Positions 1 through 9,351 of a DNA stretch of 64,000 bases are shown here, piece by piece. Each line of letters opens with the position of its first letter. The stretch's first letter is position 1. Origin of the DNA: an uncultured Verrucomicrobiae bacterium (GTDB taxonomy: Bacteria > Verrucomicrobiota > Verrucomicrobiia > Chthoniobacterales > UBA10450); NCBI GenBank assembly GCA_963756875.1, contig CAVWPA010000003.1, positions 928,001 through 992,000 of the forward strand, given 5' to 3'. A program made the translations under genes and the position numbers. A model generated the notes under the pieces. The model saw only the letters and a program-made list of their open reading frames with translations. It did no database searches and had not been told where the DNA came from.

Positions 1-2
1 GT

Positions 3-701
3 CAGCACGGCATCATTCAGCCGCTCATTGTTCGCCTGGCGAACGGGCGGCACGAATTGATCGCCGGAGAGCGCCGCTGGCGTGCGGCCCAGGAGCTTGG
101 CATGACCCAGGTGCCGGTGATTGTTCGCAGCGCGACGGACCTGGAGGTTCTCGAGCTTTCTCTTATCGAAAATCTTCAGCGCACGGATCTGAACCCGATC
201 GAGGAAGCACGAGGTTACGCCCGGCTGGCCGGTGAATTTGAAATGCGACAGGAGGACATTGCCTTGAAAGTCGGACGGAGCCGGGCCGCGGTGGCCAACT
301 CCATACGGCTGCTCGATTTGCATCCGCAAATTCAAATCTGGCTCACGCAAAGCTTGCTTTCGGTTGGTCATGCCAAGGTGCTGCTTGGTCTGAAGTCCCC
401 GGAGGACCAATTGTTTGTCGCGGAAGCTGTGTTGCGGCGCAGCGCTACAGTGCGTGGCACGGAGCGATTGGTCGCGCGGCAACTTGGCGTCGGCCGTACC
501 CGGCGCAAACGGCGCGCGGGCGAGCTAACAGTCACACCGGCGGCGATTCAGGAATTGCAAAATCGGTTACAGCAGCAGCTCGGCACGCACGTTACGATCC
601 ATCACGGCGAAAAACGGGGGCGGATTGAGATCGAATATTATGGCAACGACGATCTCGACCGGATCGTGACTGCATTGGGATTGTCACGCCGCGATCTCTG
701 A
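3..701 (+). CDS. parB: ParB/Spo0J chromosome partitioning protein (5'-truncated by window edge)
   Basis: Frame is open from position 3: QHGIIQPLIVR...LIAGERRWRAA (GxRR arginine patch), IENLQRTDLNPIEEA, HTH, C-terminal KRGRIEIEY. Confidence 0.95.
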   Translation, partial: QHGIIQPLIVRLANGRHELIAGERRWRAAQELGMTQVPVIVRSATDLEVLELSLIENLQRTDLNPIEEARGYARLAGEFEMRQEDIALKVGRSRAAVANSIRLLDLHPQIQIWLTQSLLSVGHAKVLLGLKSPEDQLFVAEAVLRRSATVRGTERLVARQLGVGRTRRKRRAGELTVTPAAIQELQNRLQQQLGTHVTIHHGEKRGRIEIEYYGNDDLDRIVTALGLSRRDL

Positions 702-761
702 GCGGAACAAGGTGGAGCAATGGAGTGCTGGACCGCTGGAGTAAGGTGGATTGTAGGGACT

Positions 762-1727
762 ATGTCAGCCCCGAAAGCTTTCGGGGTTCGCAGAAACGTC
801 CTGGAAATCTGCGCTCCATTGATCGTTCTGGCATTGGCTTCGGGAGTTCCGTCCTGCCGCCGTGGGGAATCGCTGCTGCGCGGGAAGGAAGCAAAGATCT
901 GGGAAGAATTTTCCGGGCAACGAGCCTTCGACCATGTGCAGCACCTCGTCGCTTTCGGCCCGCGCCCCCCCGGATCCGAGGCTCTCGAGAAAAGTCGCAA
1001 CTATATTATCAGCCAGCTGACCGGATTTGGCTGGGCCGTCACCCGGCAGACCTTCGAGGAGAAAACGCCGCGCGGCAAAGTTGGATTTACAAATCTCATC
1101 GCAAAATTCGTCGGACCAGACCGGAAAATGCGCCCGGCTCCGCAGTTCCTGCTTTGTTCCCATTACGACACGAAGATCTTCGATCAATTTCGCTTCGTAG
1201 GCGCAAATGATGGGGGATCGAGGACCGGCGAACTTCTGGAGATGGCGCGTGTACTGAGCCTGGACCCATCCCTCGCATCCAGGATCGAGCTTGTTTTCTT
1301 CGACGGCGAGGAAGCATTCGAAGAATTTTCGGACACGGACGGCATTTACGGCAGCCGTTACTTTGCAAATCAGCTGGCCGAAAATGGATCGGCCAAAGAG
1401 TTCCGGGGCGGGATTTTGTTCGACATGGTGGGAGACCGTTCGCTCGATATTACGCTCCCGCCGGACTCTCCAGCACGTATTGCGCACGACATTTTTGAAT
1501 CTGCCAGCGCGCTGAAAGTGCGGAATTATTTTACCTATTTCAGCCAGAGAGTCACCGACGATCACACCCCGCTGAATGCAGTTGGTATTCCAACGCTTGA
1601 TATGATCGATTTCGATTACCCGCCGTGGCACACAGCCGGAGACACCATCGACAAGCTGAGTCCACAAAGTTTGCAAATAGTCGGCTCCGTGAGTGCGTAT
1701 TACCTGTCGAAGTTTGCCTTTAAATGA
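762..1727 (+). CDS. M28-family zinc enzyme, type II glutaminyl cyclase-like, probably exported/lipoprotein
   Basis: Motifs SHYDTK, GANDGGS, FFDGEEAF, LFDMVG, DDHTP, WHTAGDT; hydrophobic N-terminus followed by Cys; start uncertain (ORF opens at 720). Confidence 0.8.
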   Translation: MSAPKAFGVRRNVLEICAPLIVLALASGVPSCRRGESLLRGKEAKIWEEFSGQRAFDHVQHLVAFGPRPPGSEALEKSRNYIISQLTGFGWAVTRQTFEEKTPRGKVGFTNLIAKFVGPDRKMRPAPQFLLCSHYDTKIFDQFRFVGANDGGSRTGELLEMARVLSLDPSLASRIELVFFDGEEAFEEFSDTDGIYGSRYFANQLAENGSAKEFRGGILFDMVGDRSLDITLPPDSPARIAHDIFESASALKVRNYFTYFSQRVTDDHTPLNAVGIPTLDMIDFDYPPWHTAGDTIDKLSPQSLQIVGSVSAYYLSKFAFK

Positions 1728-2737
1728 ATCGGAAAGTTGTGATTGTCTCGCTGCTCCTGGGAGCGAGCGGGGCGGGCATCGTCGGTGGCAATTTAATTTG
1801 TCGCTCGGCCGGTTGCCGGAATCTCATCGGCATTCTTTGCCGGCGCGGGCATTTGCTGGCACTCGCAGGTGGGCGGGGCGTTTACGAAGCGGATCTTCAG
1901 CGCGCGCTCGCGGAATCGCGCTATGCAAGCGGCAATGCTGGAAAAGTGCCAGAAGACGAAGGTGGCTGGGAGCGGTCCATTCTTGTCCGCCTGGTTGCAA
2001 ATGCCGTGGCCCAGTCCCTGGCAACACATGAAAAGCTGCCCCAGGGTGAGGTCGATCACGAACTCACGCTGGCAAGGGACCAATTCGCTGATGAGGCACG
2101 GTGGAGAGCGGCTTTGCGAAGAAGCGGCCTTTGGGCGGGATCAGTTCGCTCAATTGTTGCTGATGAATTGCGCACCCGGCAATGGATCGATCGCCAGATC
2201 GCGCCGGATATCGATGTAACGGCCGACGAATGCCGGACTTTTTATAACGCGCATCCGGAGGATTTTTGTCAGCCGGTCCGGTTTCGTGCCAGTCACCTGT
2301 TTTTAGCCGCGCCGCCGGACACGCCGGCGGAAATTGTGGATGCAAAAAGCAAGGCAATGGAATCACTTTCGGTTCGCCTCACCAACGGCGAAGATCTTGC
2401 CGACCTTGTCGCGGCGGCTTCTGAGGATGAAGCCACAAAAAAGCGTGGCGGCGATCTGGGGTATTTTTCCGCTACGCGAATGCCTGCTGACTTTTTCGCC
2501 GCGGTTGTGAACCTGCACGTGGGAGAAATTAGTAAACCGATTCGCACACGGCTCGGCTTTCACATTGTTCAACTGACCGATCGCAAGCCGGCCGGGCAAC
2601 TCGCATTCGATCAAGTGCGCGCAGAGATTGCCACTGGGCTGGCAAATCGAAAACGCGAAAGGGCGGCCCCGAATTTTGTCGGCAAGCTTGCCGGAGATGC
2701 GGAGTGGATGGCGCCCGGCTGCCGCAGTCTCGACTGA
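1724..2737 (+). CDS. Parvulin/PpiC-type peptidyl-prolyl isomerase (SurA/PrsA-like)
   Basis: ASHLFL, SEDEATKKRGGDLGYF, GEISKPIRTRLGFHIV; N-terminal anchor; ATGA overlap with upstream gene. Confidence 0.88.
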   Translation: MNRKVVIVSLLLGASGAGIVGGNLICRSAGCRNLIGILCRRGHLLALAGGRGVYEADLQRALAESRYASGNAGKVPEDEGGWERSILVRLVANAVAQSLATHEKLPQGEVDHELTLARDQFADEARWRAALRRSGLWAGSVRSIVADELRTRQWIDRQIAPDIDVTADECRTFYNAHPEDFCQPVRFRASHLFLAAPPDTPAEIVDAKSKAMESLSVRLTNGEDLADLVAAASEDEATKKRGGDLGYFSATRMPADFFAAVVNLHVGEISKPIRTRLGFHIVQLTDRKPAGQLAFDQVRAEIATGLANRKRERAAPNFVGKLAGDAEWMAPGCRSLD

Positions 2738-2819
2738 ATGGCGAAGTTCTGAGTTGCGCGTCAGGTCATTTCGTCTCACTCTGGGTACTCACCATCGTCG
2801 AAGGGCGATGTGAGCTTCT

Positions 2820-4046
2820 ATGCCTCGCCGCACGAAAAAAAATGTCGGAGTGATTGGCCTCGGTATCATCGGGAGCCGGGTGGTGGATAACCTCCGCCAC
2901 AAAGGCTTCCATGTTTTCGTTTGGAACCGGAGCCCGCGGCCCGTGCCCAATTTTGTCGGGTCACCGCCCGAGGTGGCCGAGATGTGCGATTACGTGCAGA
3001 TTTTTGTGTCCGATGACGACGCACTGCTGGAAGTCGTAAAGGAGTTGGCTCCGGTTCTGGCCCCGCGGCATATTGTCATGGCGCACTCCACGGTGTCACC
3101 GCATTCCGTGCAAGCTGCCGCCGATGTCGTCGAAAGACGTGGCGCTCATTTTGTCGAGGCCCCGTTCACCGGTAGCAAGGGCGCCGCCGAAAAGGGCGAA
3201 CTGGTTTATTACGTATCGGGTGATGACGTCGCCCTGCGTGAAGCGCGCCCCGTCCTTGAGGCGAGCAGTAAAAAAATTATCGAGATCGGTGAGATCGGTC
3301 AGGCCACAACGATCAAGGTGGCAACGAACATCCTGACGGCAGCCATCGTCCAGGCCGCTGCGGAAGCGCTGGCGCTCGTCCAAAGTTCGGGATTGCCACT
3401 GGAAAAATTTGCTGCCGCGCTCGAAGGAAACGCGAGCAATTCGCAAACGTTGTCGATGAAGTTGCCCAAGATGCTCAGCGGCGATTTTGAACCGCATTTT
3501 TCCGTCAAGCACATGCTAAAGGACATGCAGATCGCGAACCGACTCGGCCTGTTGCATCATCTGGAGTTAAGTGTGACCGCGGCGGCGCGCGACCGCCTTC
3601 TCGAACAAATGCAACGAGGATACGGCGACGACGATTTTTCGGCGGTCGTACGAAAGTATCTGTTTGAAATCCGATCAGCCGGCGAAGAGGAAGCCGATCT
3701 TGAGCTGTTTGGAACATCGGTGCCGGTGGAGCCGGCGTTCGCACCATTGGCAATTGTCGAGGAGCCCTTGGCCGCCAGTCCGAACAATGAGGCTTTGCCG
3801 GAAACGCAGCAGCCAGTCCCGGAAGAGCCAAAGGTCGTGGAAACGCCAGCGGAACCCAAGGCCGATTCGGCAGCAAGCGGCGCCGAGGTTCAAGAGGTTC
3901 AAAAGGAGCAGACGGAGCCGCAAAAGGAAGGCACCTCTTCGCCAGAGGAGACTTTGTCCGCCGCGCCGGAAGAACAACCGGAGAATGAAATCCGGTCGCG
4001 CCGCGGCTTATTTAATCGATTGTTGCGCCGCGGCAGCCAATACTAA
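2820..4046 (+). CDS. Beta-hydroxyacid dehydrogenase family NAD(P) oxidoreductase with long acidic C-terminal tail
   Basis: GVIGLGIIG, VWNRS, EAPFTGS, catalytic TIKVATN, MLKDM; about 125 aa E/P-rich extension. Confidence 0.85.
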   Translation: MPRRTKKNVGVIGLGIIGSRVVDNLRHKGFHVFVWNRSPRPVPNFVGSPPEVAEMCDYVQIFVSDDDALLEVVKELAPVLAPRHIVMAHSTVSPHSVQAAADVVERRGAHFVEAPFTGSKGAAEKGELVYYVSGDDVALREARPVLEASSKKIIEIGEIGQATTIKVATNILTAAIVQAAAEALALVQSSGLPLEKFAAALEGNASNSQTLSMKLPKMLSGDFEPHFSVKHMLKDMQIANRLGLLHHLELSVTAAARDRLLEQMQRGYGDDDFSAVVRKYLFEIRSAGEEEADLELFGTSVPVEPAFAPLAIVEEPLAASPNNEALPETQQPVPEEPKVVETPAEPKADSAASGAEVQEVQKEQTEPQKEGTSSPEETLSAAPEEQPENEIRSRRGLFNRLLRRGSQY

Positions 4047-4057
4047 AACCCGCCCCG

Positions 4058-4996
4058 GTGCGCGCCGCAAATCTGCGGAAGCGTGCTTTGAGTCGAGTGA
4101 ACAACGCGTTTTTCGATCTCTCCGGGCGTGCGAAGCTCCGCGTTCGCGGAAGCGATCGCGAACGCTTCATGAATGGCCAACTGACAAACAATGTGCGAAA
4201 CGCCACGGAGGCGCGAGCGATCGAAGCGTGCGTTTTGAATGCGAAAGGCAAACTGAACGCGCATATTTTTCTTCGAGTGGAAGAAGAAACCTTCGTTCTG
4301 GATGCCGCACCCGAATTGCGAGAACTGCTGCAGGCGCGGCTCGATCGTTATATCATCGCGGACGATGTGCAGATCGAGGATGCAAGCGCTCAATTGTCGC
4401 TGTTTCATGTGGCGCATCCTGGTGTTGTAACTTTGCCGAACCAATTCAAGGTTGTGTCGGCAACCCGGTTCCGCAATCCGGGTTGCGATATTTGGGCGGA
4501 GTCCGGACGGCACGACGAACTGTTTCAACGATTGTCGGAACAGTTCACCTTTTGCGGCGCCGATTGCGCAGAAATGATCAGGATCGAGGAGGGAATCCCT
4601 CGCTGGGGACGTGAGTTGACCGAGGAGATCATTCCGGTTGAGGCGAACCTGGAAACGGGCGTCATCGACTACGAAAAAGGCTGTTACATAGGCCAGGAAG
4701 TGATTTCTCGAATTAAAATGTCCGGCCAAACGAACAAGCGACTCTGCGGATTGATCTCGCTGAACGATGCGTCGCTCGCGGTGGGGATGATACTCTTCGC
4801 CATGGGACAGGAAGAGAAGGAGGTTGGCTGGATTACCAGCGCCGCAAATTCAGAGCGCCTCGGAAGAAAAATTGCGCTTGGTTATGTCAAACGCGGCTTC
4901 AATCTCCCGGCAACCAGGCTGGAAGCGGTTCGTCCGGAAAATAAATCTGGTTCCGAGGCCGCGGTGGTGGACGTTGTCGATCTTCCATTCGCCTAG
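4058..4996 (+). CDS. ygfZ: Folate-binding protein YgfZ/GcvT family
   Basis: Signature KGCYIGQEVISR; GSDRERFMNGQLTN; start uncertain. Confidence 0.88.
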   Translation: MRAANLRKRALSRVNNAFFDLSGRAKLRVRGSDRERFMNGQLTNNVRNATEARAIEACVLNAKGKLNAHIFLRVEEETFVLDAAPELRELLQARLDRYIIADDVQIEDASAQLSLFHVAHPGVVTLPNQFKVVSATRFRNPGCDIWAESGRHDELFQRLSEQFTFCGADCAEMIRIEEGIPRWGRELTEEIIPVEANLETGVIDYEKGCYIGQEVISRIKMSGQTNKRLCGLISLNDASLAVGMILFAMGQEEKEVGWITSAANSERLGRKIALGYVKRGFNLPATRLEAVRPENKSGSEAAVVDVVDLPFA

Positions 4997-5110
4997 CTTC
5001 CACTGGGTTCGAAAGCTGGACAGCAGCGAACTCCAAGACGATATGTGCCATCTTTCGAATTGCAATTTTCAAGACCAGCTGTGTATGGTCATGGGCGCTT
5101 TTTTAGCAAG

Positions 5111-5752
5111 ATGAACCAAAGAATACTTGCAGAGATCGGCCGCACTCAGCGTTTAGAGATCTTGAACTCCTTGAAGCGGACGCGAGGCATGTCGGTCAAC
5201 GAGCTCGTCGAGAAAATGAAGATGAGCTACATGGGGATCAAACAACATTGTCTGACGCTCCAGCGCGATGGTTACCTGGAAACGTGGCGCCGACCGCAGA
5301 AAATGGGACGTCCGGAGATGGTTTACCGGCTTACCCGCCGCAGCCATGACCTGTTCCCGAGCGATAGCAACGAGTTTACTCTCGAAATACTCAAGTCGAT
5401 TCTGGAGATCTACGGAGCAAATGGTCCGGAGAAGCTTTTGTACAACGTTTTCGAAGGAAAAACCGCTGCGCTAAAGTCGAAAATCAAAGGGGCGACCGTG
5501 GCGGACCGGGCGAAATCGCTAGCCAAGGTGCGCGACGGTGAAGGGTATATGGCACAATTCCTTTCGGATGAAAAAGGGGAGGGTCCGCAAATCCTGGAAT
5601 GCCACTCGCCGATTATGAATCTGCTCGATGTCTATCCCATTTTAGGAAGGCTGGAGCAAAACATGTTCGAAGCCTTGCTGGATACGCGGGTGCGCCGGGA
5701 GGAGACGCGCACTTCGGGCTTGTATGAGTGCGCGTTCTTTTTCGCACTCTGA
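5111..5752 (+). CDS. SufR-like helix-turn-helix transcriptional regulator
   Basis: N-terminal wHTH ...IKQHCLTLQRDG...GRPEMVYRLT; C-terminal ECHSPI...ECAF. Confidence 0.75.
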   Translation: MNQRILAEIGRTQRLEILNSLKRTRGMSVNELVEKMKMSYMGIKQHCLTLQRDGYLETWRRPQKMGRPEMVYRLTRRSHDLFPSDSNEFTLEILKSILEIYGANGPEKLLYNVFEGKTAALKSKIKGATVADRAKSLAKVRDGEGYMAQFLSDEKGEGPQILECHSPIMNLLDVYPILGRLEQNMFEALLDTRVRREETRTSGLYECAFFFAL

Positions 5753-5825
5753 GGAATCTTAACGATCTCCGCGCGCCTGAGATTTCCACTTTCGCAACTG
5801 CCTAATCTCGGTTGATTCATCCGCG

Positions 5826-7797
5826 ATGCTCCGGGCTTTTCCCAGTGTCGAGATTGAGAATTTGCAGCCGCTCCTCGCCGGCGGGCGCTATCCGATTAAG
5901 CGCATAGTCGGTGAAGATCTCGCGGTGGAAGCCGATATCTTCCGCGACGGTCATGATGTTGTGGCGGCTGTCTTGAAATGGCGCCTCCTCGGAGAAATCC
6001 ATTGGCGCGAAACAGCCATGAGCTTTGTCGATAACGATCGCTGGCGTGGTGTCTGTACCCTTTACGAAAGCGGCATCTATGAATATACGGTTGAAGCTTG
6101 GACAGATAGTTTTCGCGGCTGGCAACACGAATTCGCGACCAAGTTCGAAGCAGGTCTCTCCGCCCTTACAGCAGAGGCGCTCGAAGGCGCAGCCCTGCTT
6201 GAGGTCGCGGCGCATCGTGCCCAAGTAGCCGACGACGCCAAACGTTTGCGCGAGCTTTCCCAGAATATTCGCACCGGCGAGAACGATCAGATCAACGACA
6301 TCGCGCATTCCGGAGAACTCGAGGTGCTGATGGCGACCTATCCTGATCGCTCCGACGCGACACAATACGCGCCGGCTCCGCGGGTGGTTGTCGATCGGGC
6401 GGCTGCGCGTGTCGCCGCTTGGTACGAGTTTCTACCGCGCTCCGCGGAAGGTTATGGCGACCGTGGCTCAACCCTGCGCGATTGTCTGCCGCGGGTCGAT
6501 GACGCCAAAGCGATGGGGTTCAACGTCATTTATTTTCCGCCCATTCATCCTATTGGACACACCAATCGAAAGGGGCGCAATAATTCCGTCGTGTGCGAGC
6601 CGGGCGACCCTGGCTCGCCTTACGCGATCGGCAGCGAAGCGGGTGGACACAAGGCAATCGATCCCGATCTGGGCACGCTCGACGATTTCGACTGGCTCGA
6701 GGCCGAAATACGCAAACGCGGGATGGAGATCGCACTCGACTTCGCTCTCAATTGTTCGCCCGATCATCCGTATGTGAAGGAACACCCGGAGTGGTTTTAC
6801 AAGCGACCGGACGGTTCGATCAAATACGCAGAGAACCCGCCGAAGAAATACGAAGATATTTATCCGCTCAATTTCCGCTGCGAGACGTGGCCCGAACTTT
6901 GGGCGGAAATGAAGAGCATCATTCTGTTCTGGGCGGGTCATGGCGTGCGCATTTTCCGGGTCGATAATCCGCACACCAAGCCTGTCGCATTTTGGGAATA
7001 CCTGATTGACGGCGTCCATGAAACTTATCCGGACGTGCTATTTCTTTCCGAGGCGTTCACCCGGCCCAAAATGATGAGGGCGCTGGCCAAGGCCGGGTTC
7101 ACGCAAAGTTACACGTACTTCACGTGGCGGCACTCGAAGCAAGAGCTCACGGATTATTTTACCGAGCTGACGCAAACTGAAATGCGCGAATATTTCCGGG
7201 GCAATCTTTGGACGAACACACCCGACATTCTGCCCTTCGGTACTTCAAACGGGCGGCCGTCCGGCATTCACGATTCGAGTGACGCTCGCCGCGACATTAT
7301 CCAGTCTCTACGGGATCTACAGCGGTTACGAGCTGTGCGAAAATGAGGCGCTCTCCGGGCGCGAGGAGTATCTCGATTCCGAAAAATACCAGTTCAAGGA
7401 GCGCGATTGGGATGCGCCTGGGAACATCAAAGATTGGATTACACGACTAAACCGAATCCGGCGCGAAAATCGAGCGCTGCAGTTTTACGATAACCTGCAG
7501 TTTTATCACGCAGACAACGACGCGATTCTGTTTTACGGGAAAATGACGGCAGCGCGCGACAACATCATTTTGGTTGTGGTGAATCTCGATCCGCATCGCA
7601 AACAGGATTCATTTATCGATGTGCCGATTGAACAGTTTGGTTCGCTGGAAGGCGACAATTACCAGGTGCACGATCTTTTAAGCGACGTTCGTTACACATG
7701 GCACGGCGTTCGAAACTATGTGGAACTCGATCCGGAGATCCAGCCGGCGCATATCTTTCGGATCCGACGCTGGGTAAGCGGCGATCACTTTGTTTAG
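5826..7797 (+). pseudogene. glgE: GlgE maltosyltransferase split by a +1 frameshift at about 7239-7240 (real or sequencing error)
   Basis: GH13 GlgE motifs (ENPPKKYEDIYP, FRVDNPHTKP, FLSEAFTRP, NTPDILP) continue in another frame as VLQTGGRPAFTIRVTLAATLS...EEYLDSEKY after one extra G. Confidence 0.85.
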
Positions 7798-7821
7798 CCG
7801 TGGTGGGCCGCCCCATAAATT

Positions 7822-7889
7822 TGTAGCCATGCCTCTATGGGGTCTATCACTTGTGATCACCAGGACGGTGCATAGCGCCGTGGCTACAG
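7822..7889. repeat. GTAG-type REP doublet
   Basis: Ends TGTAGCCA...TGGCTACA; right unit is repeated at 8059-8084 (23/26 identical). Confidence 0.7.
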
Positions 7890-8058
7890 CGCCGGGGCGT
7901 TACTTGCAACCGCCGGCATGCAGCCCGGTCTGCGCTAGGAAAAAATCATCAGCTAAACCACGCCAAATGACGCTAAAAGCAGAATGGCTGATTTTTGACG
8001 GTCTCATTTTTCGCGTTTTTTAGCGTGTTTGGCGGACCCAATCTTCTTTTCCGTTTCT

Positions 8059-8084
8059 GACGGTGCATGGCGCAGTAGCTACAG
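8059..8084. repeat. Solo REP unit, copy of 7864-7889
   Basis: gacggtgcatggcgcagtagctacag vs gacggtgcatagcgccgtggctacag. Confidence 0.65.
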
Positions 8085-8146
8085 TCGCTTACTGCCGGCC
8101 ATTTGCATCGGCCGCGCCTCCGTTTATCGTTACGGAACTTTTTCGC

Positions 8147-8914
8147 ATGAAGATTTTGCTCTCGCTGCTCGCTATGGCGGTCCCCGTTCCTTTGCTGGCG
8201 CAGACCTCGCCAATTCCGGCTATGCCGGATATTCCGCGCTCGAAAACGATCATGGAGGCACTTGTCGCGGCAGGCCCGGTCATGCTTCTGCTTTTCATTC
8301 TTTCGGTTTTCTTTGTCATGCTCGTCATCGTTTACCTGATGACGATCCGTCGCGGTGCTGTCGTATCGAGTGGATTCATGGCGACGGCGGATGCACTGTT
8401 GCGCAAGCGCGATTACCTCGGATTATTGGCGGTCTCGAACAGGCATGGCGAAGCCATCGCGCGCGTCCTGCAAAAGGTGCTCGACTTTACCACGAAAAAT
8501 CCAGAAGCGGATTTTCATCAGGTGCGGGAGATAGCGGAGACCGAGGGAACGCGGGTCGCGGCCAGCCTCAACAATCGAGTTGTTTACCTTGCCGATATCG
8601 GGATGATTGCGCCGCTGCTCGGCCTGCTTGGAACTGTGCTGGGCATCATTCGTTCGTTTGGCGCTCTCGGGGCCGATCTCGGCACCGCCCGTTATGTTCT
8701 ACTTTCCAAAGGCATCAGTGAGGCCCTGGTCAATACTTGCGCCGGGCTGGCCATCGGCATTCCGGCGATGGTTTGTTATGCTTTCTTTCGCGGCAAGTCT
8801 CAGAAGCTTATTTCAGAATTGGAGTCGGCTACCACCCATGTCCTGGCTTTGCTTTCCTTGCAATATGGCAAACGGACCGAGCGCATGCCGGCGTTGATTG
8901 AAGACGAACTGTAG
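8147..8914 (+). CDS. exbB: MotA/TolQ/ExbB proton channel protein with N-terminal signal peptide
   Basis: IAPLLGLLGTVLGIIRSF; GISEALVNTCAGLAIGIPA. Confidence 0.9.
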   Translation: MKILLSLLAMAVPVPLLAQTSPIPAMPDIPRSKTIMEALVAAGPVMLLLFILSVFFVMLVIVYLMTIRRGAVVSSGFMATADALLRKRDYLGLLAVSNRHGEAIARVLQKVLDFTTKNPEADFHQVREIAETEGTRVAASLNNRVVYLADIGMIAPLLGLLGTVLGIIRSFGALGADLGTARYVLLSKGISEALVNTCAGLAIGIPAMVCYAFFRGKSQKLISELESATTHVLALLSLQYGKRTERMPALIEDEL

Positions 8915-8943
8915 GGCGGTATTAAACTGATTTCTTTCACCCC

Positions 8944-9351
8944 ATGAACTTGCGCGGGCGTGCTCCTCTGCATCATCCCGGGATTCAACTGGCGCCACTG
9001 GTAGATGTCCTGCTTCTCCTGCTCATCTTTTTCCTGCTCACATGGAACGCAGCTCGCAACGAAAATGAGCTGGATGTTAAAGTGCCTAAGGCTTCCGCAG
9101 CCAAGCAAAAGAGCGCGCCGATTGGCGACATCGTTGTGAATGTCAAAGCAGATGGCGATGTAGTCGTGAATCGCCGAACTCTCACGAACCCGCAGTTGAC
9201 CGATCTGTTGAAGAATCTGGTTCAGCTGAATCCGGAGCAGGCCGTGGTGATCCGAGGGGATGAAGCCGGCGCCTACAAAAACATCATCGGCGTCCTCAAC
9301 GTCTGTAGCGAAGCTGGAGTAACCAACGTCGCTTTCGCGACTGCAAAATGA
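8944..9351 (+). CDS. exbD: ExbD/TolR family protein
   Basis: LAPLVDVLLLLLIFF transmembrane segment with conserved Asp; VVIRGD. Confidence 0.92.
   Translation: MNLRGRAPLHHPGIQLAPLVDVLLLLLIFFLLTWNAARNENELDVKVPKASAAKQKSAPIGDIVVNVKADGDVVVNRRTLTNPQLTDLLKNLVQLNPEQAVVIRGDEAGAYKNIIGVLNVCSEAGVTNVAFATAK

Noticed and set aside
1..800. parS site near parB
   Set aside because: No TGTTTCACGTGAAACA-like palindrome seen
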